Below are positions 57,554-64,000 of a DNA stretch of 64,000 nucleotides, in pieces (the first letter of the stretch is position 1; each line of letters begins with the position of its first letter). The notes under the pieces are model-generated. The model searched no databases, was not told the DNA's origin, and was given only the letters and a program-made list of their open reading frames with translations. The translations under genes and the position numbers were made by a program. The stretch covers positions 96,001 through 160,000 of the forward strand of contig CAWCLO010000005.1 in NCBI GenBank assembly GCA_963796455.1. The letters run 5' to 3'. This DNA is from Candidatus Sulfomarinibacteraceae bacterium. GTDB lineage: Bacteria > Acidobacteriota > Thermoanaerobaculia > Thermoanaerobaculales > Sulfomarinibacteraceae.

Positions 57554-58460
57554 CGTTGTGGTTGACGTTGACGGGGTGACGATCCGTTATGGAAAGGTAA
57601 GAGCCGTCGAAGACCTTTCGTTTCAGGTCAAGCGAAAGAGTGTGTATGCCCTGCTGGGTCGAAATGGCTCGGGCAAGTCGTCGACGGTGGCTTGCGTCCT
57701 CGGGCAAAGGCGGGTGAGCGCGGGGGCCATCCGTCTTTTCGGTCTCGATGCGTGGGGCCGCCGCCGCCAGACCATGGAGCATGTGGGGGTCGTGCCGGAG
57801 AACCCGGACGTGCCGCCGGAGACCACCGCCGTCGAATTGGCGCGGTTTATCTCCAGGGTCACTCCGCGGTGGGGAAGCACGAAGTTCTTCGATTGGCTGG
57901 ACGAATTCGGGGTGCCGCAGAAACAACGATTTGATCGGCTTTCAAAAGGCCAACAGCGGCAGCTCGCGCTGGCGATGGCCCTGGCCGGATCGCCGAAGCT
58001 CCTGATTCTCGATGACCCGACGCTCGGGCTCGATGCGGTGGCGCGCAGGGATTTGTATCAAGAACTCATCGGAGATCTCGCCGACCGCGGAACAACCGTT
58101 TTTCTCACGACCCATGATCTGGCGGGAATCGAGGGCATTGCCGACCGGATCGGGGTGATGCAGAAGGGCAAGCTCCTTGTCGATGACTCGATGGAGTCGC
58201 TCAAGGCTCGTTTTTGCCGCCTGATCTGGACGGGGGCCGAGGAGGTCCCGAGACAAAAGATCGAGGATGGTCTGAAACACCTGAATGTGGTCTCGATGGA
58301 ACACCTTGGAGGCACCGGCGAAGCGGTTGTCGAAGGATTCTCGGAGGTCGGTTTCGGTCGTTTCCGGGAAGTGGCGGCCGTCAATGTCATGCGAGTTGAT
58401 TCGCTTTCGCTGGAAGAGATCTTTGTGGTTCTGTGCGGCGACAACGGAGACCGGTCGTGA
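57540..58460 (+). CDS. ABC transporter ATP-binding protein
   Basis: GRNGSGKS, LSKGQ, LILDDP, TTH, SLEEIF. Confidence 0.93.
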   Translation: MMSPDVVVDVDGVTIRYGKVRAVEDLSFQVKRKSVYALLGRNGSGKSSTVACVLGQRRVSAGAIRLFGLDAWGRRRQTMEHVGVVPENPDVPPETTAVELARFISRVTPRWGSTKFFDWLDEFGVPQKQRFDRLSKGQQRQLALAMALAGSPKLLILDDPTLGLDAVARRDLYQELIGDLADRGTTVFLTTHDLAGIEGIADRIGVMQKGKLLVDDSMESLKARFCRLIWTGAEEVPRQKIEDGLKHLNVVSMEHLGGTGEAVVEGFSEVGFGRFREVAAVNVMRVDSLSLEEIFVVLCGDNGDRS

Positions 58461-60376
58461 CACCGATGGTGGCGGTCCTGAGGCGCGAGTTCGTTGCGAG
58501 ACGGGCGCTTTTGTCCATAGCCCTGGCGGCGGCCGTCATTGCGTGGCTGATGCCCTTCGCGCCCGGGTTCGGGGACGACAACGCCGCTGAGGTTCGCAGC
58601 CTTGCATCCTTTACCCTGGCGTTGACCCTTGGTTGGGGCCTCGCGATCGGCCTTGGCGCCACGACCTTCGGCGGCGATCTGTCCGAGGGACGATTCGGGT
58701 TCTTTCTCGCCCGCCCGGTTTCGGCCAACTCCCTGTGGTTCGGTCGGATCCTCGCGGTGGTCCTGCTGTCGCTGGCTGCGGAGTTGATCGTCATCGTTCC
58801 GGCGCTTGTCGGCGATGGTGTCCAGGTGCCGATCTTTGGCAGCTTCCTCCAGTGGCAGAATCTCCTCCTGTTCCTCGCTGCGCCGATTCTGTTGGCGCTG
58901 TTGGCCCACACCCTCAGCATCATGCTCCGGGCGCGAACTGCATGGCTGTTTCTCGATCTGGTAGGTGCGGTGGTGACGGCCGTCGTCTTGTGGTGGGTGA
59001 TCGCTTCGTTGGTTTTTTCCGTCGCCATGGACGCGTTGATGGTTGTGGTTGGAGGATTCCTCCTGGTTTTACTCGGGGCCCTCATGGTCGCGGGTCTCGC
59101 CGGGGTCGCGGTCGGGCGGTCAGATCTCCGACGGACCCACCGGGCGGTGTCGATCGTGTTGTGGATGTTCCTGGCCCTCGGTATGGTCGGGGTGTGGGCC
59201 GGGGTCAGGTGGTTGTGGGATTTCGGGCCGGACAAACTCGCGGCCCTCGAGGTCCATTCGGCGGCTGCAAACGGGGAGTGGATCGAGATCACCGGCACCG
59301 GTCAACGACGCTTGGACGTGAGGCGCCGGTTTCTCTATTCGACAAGAGACGGCAGGTTTGTGGCGCTGCCAACCGGGTGGTTTGATTTCCTGGGCGAATC
59401 GGTTTTCTCGCGCGACGGATCGCGAGCTCTGTGGCGTGGTTTTGATTTCCGCCGTGAACCCGGGCTCCTCGAATGGGTGGATCTGAGGGGGAAGGAACCG
59501 GAGCTCCAGCGCTCGACGATCGTCGTCTCCCCGGAGGCGATCGTGACCCTCTCGGCGGACGGGGGTCGGTGCGCGGTGCTCGAGGAGGGGCTGCTGTCGG
59601 TCTACGAGGTCGACGGCGATCGACTCTTGACCGCGACGCATCTTCCCGATCGGATCAGCCGGGCCACGGTGCTGTTCGAGTCGAACTCCAGCCTCCGCAT
59701 CTTTGGTCGACCGGATATCGTGGCGGAGTCGGCGCTCACCATCGCGAGGATGGATCTGGAGACCGGAAAGATCGTGTTGACCGGCGGAGTTCCAGATCTC
59801 GAGAAAAGCCTCCTGATCGCGCTTGACGCCGAGATGCAGACCGCGGTGGTCTGGTCGAGGTCGGATGGCGAACCAAAGAGCGTGAAGTTCGTTGTTGACG
59901 CCGTCGACGGATCGCGCATCAGAGTGCTCGGCAACGGAGGTTTCCCGCGTTTTCTCGGCGACGGGCGACTGCTGACCATGGATGTCGGCGCAGAGGGGGT
60001 TCCGATCCTCATCATCGAGTCGGTTGATGGCGGCGAGCGGATCGAACACCAATTGCCCGCTGGCAGAGCGGAGCGCCTCATCGGCGAGGTCATGCCGGGC
60101 TTGGTGGCCGTCTCCAGACATGTCGATCCGATCGACCCAACCCGGGGAGTGGAAGTCGATCTCATCGATCTCCAGACCGGAGAGGTCCAACCCATGGCTT
60201 CGCCCCTCCGTGGACACGTCCGGTCGTCGCCCTGGCAGAACGGTCATGCAGGCGCCATCCTCTGGTATGCCGAACAACCCGAGGCCCACCGGTTGTTCAT
60301 CGATCAGACGGGTGCCGTCGTCAGGTGGGAGCCGGGAAGCGGAGAACTGATCCATGTAGTTGGTGGTGGACGGTAG
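58457..60376 (+). CDS. ABC-2-type permease with large beta-propeller-like C-terminal domain
   Basis: GTG overlap; RREF start, FFLARPVS motif, ~7 TM segments, then FSRDGS / LSADG repeats. Confidence 0.65.
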   Translation: MTPMVAVLRREFVARRALLSIALAAAVIAWLMPFAPGFGDDNAAEVRSLASFTLALTLGWGLAIGLGATTFGGDLSEGRFGFFLARPVSANSLWFGRILAVVLLSLAAELIVIVPALVGDGVQVPIFGSFLQWQNLLLFLAAPILLALLAHTLSIMLRARTAWLFLDLVGAVVTAVVLWWVIASLVFSVAMDALMVVVGGFLLVLLGALMVAGLAGVAVGRSDLRRTHRAVSIVLWMFLALGMVGVWAGVRWLWDFGPDKLAALEVHSAAANGEWIEITGTGQRRLDVRRRFLYSTRDGRFVALPTGWFDFLGESVFSRDGSRALWRGFDFRREPGLLEWVDLRGKEPELQRSTIVVSPEAIVTLSADGGRCAVLEEGLLSVYEVDGDRLLTATHLPDRISRATVLFESNSSLRIFGRPDIVAESALTIARMDLETGKIVLTGGVPDLEKSLLIALDAEMQTAVVWSRSDGEPKSVKFVVDAVDGSRIRVLGNGGFPRFLGDGRLLTMDVGAEGVPILIIESVDGGERIEHQLPAGRAERLIGEVMPGLVAVSRHVDPIDPTRGVEVDLIDLQTGEVQPMASPLRGHVRSSPWQNGHAGAILWYAEQPEAHRLFIDQTGAVVRWEPGSGELIHVVGGGR

Positions 60377-60387
60377 ACCGGAACCCT

Positions 60388-60454
60388 GCAGAGGAGCAGA
60401 GGGGCAGAGGGGCAGAGGAGCAGAGGGGAAAGGGGGAAAGGGAGAAAGGGAGAA
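60388..60454. repeat. Octamer array GCAGAGGR / GAAAGGGR
   Basis: About eight tandem 8-mers after the permease stop. Confidence 0.8.
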
Positions 60455-60512
60455 CGCCCGCCCACGAAGGAAGAGCGAACTCCGCAGTTCACCGCAGATG
60501 AGGAGGAAATCG

Positions 60513-60770
60513 ATGAGCAGAAACCGTTCATTGCGCTTGGCGAGTATCTTGTTGATTGGAGCGATTGGCGTCGTTTTCGCACTCAGTGCTGACGGTATCT
60601 TGGAAGCTGATTCGCAGCCTGAGTACAAGTTTGTGCGTCTAACCGATGATGGCGCGATGCCGGTCATCAGCGATGCGCTCAATCGTGAAGCAGAGCGTGG
60701 CTGGGAACTCGAGGAGATGGCCGTGGTGGCGGGTGAAACGGGAACGATCTATCTGGTGTTCAAGAAGTAG
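60513..60770 (+). CDS. Small exported protein (DUF4177-like)
   Basis: GGAGG RBS; signal/TM; EYKFV..LN.EA.RGWEL..YLVFKK. Confidence 0.65.
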   Translation: MSRNRSLRLASILLIGAIGVVFALSADGILEADSQPEYKFVRLTDDGAMPVISDALNREAERGWELEEMAVVAGETGTIYLVFKK

Positions 60771-61022
60771 GACGAGAAATCTAGTTTGGTCCATGTCGGC
60801 GTGGGTAGACGGTGAGTCGGAACCGGATCTCCAGCTCATCTACCCTTTTCCTATCGGCCGGAAACAGCCGTTGTGGTGTAGGCGTCTCGCCTGCGCACCG
60901 TGCGGCCGAGACGGCCGCACCACAAAGACCGGAGCCCCGAAGAAATGGTTGCTGTTCACTGTCCCTGTGCGCTATCCGAGACTCTGTCTTGGACAAGAGC
61001 GCATCGAGCATCAAGCGAGCGA

Positions 61023-61068
61023 TCTCCCTTTCTCCCTTTCTCCCCTTCTCCCTTTCTCCCTTTCCCCT
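61023..61068. repeat. Octamer array TCTCCCTT, inverse of the 60388-60454 array
   Basis: tctccctttctccctttctccccttctccctttctccctttcccct. Confidence 0.8.
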
Positions 61069-61134
61069 ACCGGGAGCATCCGTGCGGAGGGAACTAAATT
61101 CCTCACCCATGCGTAATGAAGAATGGAGGACGAG

Positions 61135-61344
61135 ATGTGGACCTTTATTCTGTGGTTGATTCTGCTGGTGGTGTGTTGGCCGCTGGCCTTTCTGGCCCTG
61201 GTGCTCTATCCGATCGTGTGGCTTCTGACACTGCCGTTTCGCCTGATCGGGATCACGGTGGATGCGGTCTTCAAGCTGCTCCACTCGATTCTCACGCTGC
61301 CTGCACGGGTTCTTCGAGGACCAACCGCGGCAAGCGCCGGGTGA
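61135..61344 (+). CDS. Small hydrophobic membrane protein
   Basis: GGAGG RBS; LVVCWPLA.LALVLYP.VWL..LPFRL.GI. Confidence 0.7.
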   Translation: MWTFILWLILLVVCWPLAFLALVLYPIVWLLTLPFRLIGITVDAVFKLLHSILTLPARVLRGPTAASAG

Positions 61345-61390
61345 GTTCAAAAGTTTGGAGGGGAGGGGATTATCCCCTCCCTTGCATCTT

Positions 61391-61777
61391 TCAGCCCTCT
61401 TCTGCAGGCTCTGGAGTTTTGAGCAGAAACGCGGCCAGCTTCTGCAGGTCTTCCTCTGCGAGGTCGGGATAGCCGAGCATCGCTATCGGGTACTGTTCGA
61501 CCATGTAAGACAGCCGTGGGTTGGATTCAACAAAAGCCTTGGGGTACTTGAGGTACTCGACCAGGGTGTCCTGCTGCCAGCGTTCGGCCAGGGTGTCGAG
61601 CGGTGGCCCGGAGCGCTGTCCTTCCCCCTCGGGGCCGTGACATTTCGCGCACCCGAGATCGATATACATGGCCTCCGGAGTGCCGGGTTCGGGCCCGGAA
61701 GCTCCGCATGCGGCGAGAGTCAGAATTGATGCGGCGGCGACGGCGAAGGACGCATAGACACAGCGGGTGGCGTTCAT
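61391..61777 (-). CDS. Monohaem cytochrome c lipoprotein
   Basis: LAAC lipobox, CAKCH, GPPL, distal Met. Confidence 0.8.
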   Translation of the reverse strand: MNATRCVYASFAVAAASILTLAACGASGPEPGTPEAMYIDLGCAKCHGPEGEGQRSGPPLDTLAERWQQDTLVEYLKYPKAFVESNPRLSYMVEQYPIAMLGYPDLAEEDLQKLAAFLLKTPEPAEEG

Positions 61778-61803
61778 GATGACTCCTCGTACAGGCAAGA
61801 TTT

Positions 61804-62139
61804 TCAGTCGCCCACCAGGTGGTCGACTTTTGCGGAGCAGATGAAGTCGTTCTTGGAGATCCCGCCGATGGAGTGGGTGCAGTATCGGATGGCACAGGAG
61901 TTGTAGCCCACCGTCATCTCCGGGTGATGGTCCTCGCGGTGTGAGATCCACGACACCGCGTTGACAAAGGCCATCGTTTGGTAGTGGTCCTCGAATTGAA
62001 AGGTCTTGGTGAGTTCTCCCTCGGCCACCTTCCAGCCCTCCGCGTGACTCAGCATGTGCTCGAGGTCATGACCGGTGAGGGGAGGCGTATCCGGCGACAG
62101 CGATTTGCACGCCATCATCAACAGTTCGTTGTCACACAT
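61804..62139 (-). CDS. phhB: Pterin-4-alpha-carbinolamine dehydratase
   Basis: EDHHPE, THSIGGISKNDFICSAK. Confidence 0.9.
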   Translation of the reverse strand: MCDNELLMMACKSLSPDTPPLTGHDLEHMLSHAEGWKVAEGELTKTFQFEDHYQTMAFVNAVSWISHREDHHPEMTVGYNSCAIRYCTHSIGGISKNDFICSAKVDHLVGD

Positions 62140-62194
62140 ATTGAATCCTCCGGCCGCATGATAACCGATTCCGGGGCTTGCGTTCTGAAAAAGT

Positions 62195-62208
62195 TTAGGC
62201 TAGCCTAA
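62195..62208. promoter_or_regulatory. DtxR/MntR-family operator
   Basis: Perfect palindrome TTAGGCTAGCCTAA immediately upstream of the DtxR-family gene. Confidence 0.85.
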
Positions 62209-62218
62209 CTTTATTGTG

Positions 62219-62905
62219 ATGCAACTCGAAACCACCCGCCCGGACCTCTCAGAGTCGCAGGAAGACTATCTCAAACAGATCCTGTTGCTGGAGGAAAAAG
62301 AAGCCAAGGTGAGCACCAAGGCTCTGGCCGGTCGACTCAAGGTTCGGCCGGCTTCGGTGACCGAAATGGTGGGGCGTCTGGCGCAGCTCGGTCTGGTCGA
62401 GCACGCGCCGTATCGGGGGTCACGCCTCACCGAAGCCGGCCGAAAAGTGGCCTTGGAGTTGTTGCGGCACCACCGCCTGCTCGAAACCTATCTGGTGGAG
62501 TTCCTGGGCTATACCTGGGACCAGGTCCACGAGGAGGCGGAGCGGCTCGAACACGTGATCTCGGAACGATTTGAAAAGCGGATTGCAGCCGCGCTCGGCC
62601 ACCCGACCCACGATCCCCACGGTGACCCCATACCGGATGAAGATCTTCAGATGCCTTCTTCAGGCCGCCCGATTCAATTGTCGGAGCTCGCGGTCGGCGC
62701 CGGTGGAACCCTCATCCGGGTGACGGCTCAAGACGGCGAGGCACTCGACCGCTTCGGGCGGCTCGGTCTGGGTCCGGGATCGAGGATCGAAGTGCTGGCA
62801 TACGACGATTCCGAGCTGCGCCTCATTTGTGACGACAAGACAATGGTTTTGAGCCAGGAACTGGCTCGCAAACTGTGGATCGAGGGAGAGAACAAATGCG
62901 AATAA
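62219..62905 (+). CDS. DtxR/MntR family metal-dependent regulator with FeoA domain
   Basis: EDYLK, RHHRLLETYL, HEEAERLEH, DPHGDPIP. Confidence 0.93.
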   Translation: MQLETTRPDLSESQEDYLKQILLLEEKEAKVSTKALAGRLKVRPASVTEMVGRLAQLGLVEHAPYRGSRLTEAGRKVALELLRHHRLLETYLVEFLGYTWDQVHEEAERLEHVISERFEKRIAAALGHPTHDPHGDPIPDEDLQMPSSGRPIQLSELAVGAGGTLIRVTAQDGEALDRFGRLGLGPGSRIEVLAYDDSELRLICDDKTMVLSQELARKLWIEGENKCE

Positions 62906-63843
62906 AAACACTGGCTGCGGCAATCGCAGCCGCGATTCTCATCGTTGGGTGCGGTGCCGGCGAAAAGCCAGGAGATCAGGATAGAAAGCTCAGAATTGTC
63001 GCGACCACGACGATTGTCGGAGATCTCGTAGGGGTGGTGGGCGGCGAAGATGTGGAAGTGGACGTTCTGATGGGACCGGGGATCGATCCCCACCTCTACA
63101 AGGCATCTGCCGGCGATGTCCGGCGGATGAGCGGCGCCAAGGCCATCATTTACAACGGTCTCCACCTGGAAGGCAAGATGAGCGAGATCCTCGCGGAGAT
63201 CGGCGAGCGAGGAGTGACCACGTTGGCTGTCGCGGAGTGCCTTCCCGAAGAAGATCTTCTGGAACTCACTGGATTTCAAGACCTCCATGATCCACACGTC
63301 TGGTTTGATGTCGGTTTGTGGTCGGGTACGGTGGATTGTCTTGCGGAGGCTCTGATCGAACTCGATCCGGAGGCGGCCGCCGGCTACCGCGATCGCGCCG
63401 GCGCGTTCAAAGAGGAACTCGCTTCCCTTGACGCCTGGGTCGAACAGCGAACCGCAGGGCTCGAAGCCGAACGACGGGTGCTGGTGACCGCACACGATGC
63501 GTTTTCATACTTCGCCCGCGCCTATGGTTTCGAAGTCCGGGGTCTCCTGGGTGTCAGTACCGCCGCCGAGGCCGGAACCTCGGATGTGAAGGATCTGGCC
63601 GCCTATATCGTGGATCGGAAAATCCCAGCGATCTTTGTCGAGACTTCGGTCTCGCCCCGTTATGTCGAAGCCTTGCAGGAGGCGGTTGCCGCCCGCGGTT
63701 TTGATGTGGTCATCGGTGGGACCCTGTACTCCGACTCTCTCGGGGACCGCAATTCACCTGCGGGTTCCTACGCGGGGACTGTTCGTGCCAACGTCGAGAC
63801 CATCATCGGAGCGCTCGAGGTGGTGGAGGGGACGGGGCAATGA
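62896..63843 (+). CDS. Mn/Zn/Fe ABC transporter substrate-binding lipoprotein (TroA-like)
   Basis: IVGC lipobox, DPHLY, YNGLHLE, DPHVWFD, TAHDAF.YF, LYSDSLG. Confidence 0.93.
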   Translation: MRIKTLAAAIAAAILIVGCGAGEKPGDQDRKLRIVATTTIVGDLVGVVGGEDVEVDVLMGPGIDPHLYKASAGDVRRMSGAKAIIYNGLHLEGKMSEILAEIGERGVTTLAVAECLPEEDLLELTGFQDLHDPHVWFDVGLWSGTVDCLAEALIELDPEAAAGYRDRAGAFKEELASLDAWVEQRTAGLEAERRVLVTAHDAFSYFARAYGFEVRGLLGVSTAAEAGTSDVKDLAAYIVDRKIPAIFVETSVSPRYVEALQEAVAARGFDVVIGGTLYSDSLGDRNSPAGSYAGTVRANVETIIGALEVVEGTGQ

Positions 63844-64000
63844 AGGTTTCGAGATCTCTTGTTGTTGTCACGCTTGCGGTCTGGGTTTTAGTGACGGGCT
63901 GGACCCACGAGGTGACGGCCAAGGAGCCGTTGGTGACCGATCGGCCTGATTTCACCGAAAGCTCGAGTTCGGTCGGAGCGGGTGTGATTCAGCTTGAAGC
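63840..64000 (+). CDS. Outer-membrane beta-barrel 'transporter' (MetA-pathway-like), partial
   Basis: Manual translation: signal peptide then EPLVTDRPDFTESS..VG.G.IQLE; ATGA overlap with the TroA-like gene. Confidence 0.7.
   Translation, partial: MKVSRSLVVVTLAVWVLVTGWTHEVTAKEPLVTDRPDFTESSSSVGAGVIQLE

Noticed and set aside
1..64000. tRNA, rRNA, transposase or integrase genes
   Set aside because: None recognised by eye; a covariance-model or HMM search would be needed to exclude small RNAs

Overview
GC-rich bacterial chromosomal window dominated by a ~45 kb sulfur-respiration region. Its core is a complete dissimilatory sulfite reductase locus: dsrA-B-D, a ferritin-like orf, dsrL, dsrN, HEAT and TPR orfs, dsrC, dsrT-M-K-J-O-P. 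This is followed by a rhodanese-fused CoA-disulfide/persulfide reductase, a YeiH-type exporter, cysG, an NtrBC-like pair and a porin. Upstream lie a hybrid tmcD-C-B + hmcA(16 haem)-B-C-D operon, a third DsrM/K-like pair, a selenocysteine peroxiredoxin with a visible SECIS, and an orange-protein (orp)-like Fe-S/ATPase cluster. I find sigma-54 promoters in front of dsrA, tmcD and a cNMP-domain gene, an OrpR-like PAS enhancer-binding protein with a Cx8Cx3C motif directly upstream of dsrA, and two Rex-like boxes. Flanks are housekeeping (skp, LTA-synthase-like, recA, DsbA-like; rfbABC, GntR-ABC, MntR-TroA). Several intergenic regions carry inverted 6-8-mer repeat arrays; one pair brackets a four-helix-bundle gene whose leader folds into a ~140-nt RBS-occluding hairpin. 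Genes between ~12 and ~28.7 kb carry many single-base frameshifts (probably read errors, possibly decay). The dsrD+dsrL gene content suggests a dsr-bearing Acidobacteriota-like organism (inference only). All product calls come from motif recognition, not database searches.
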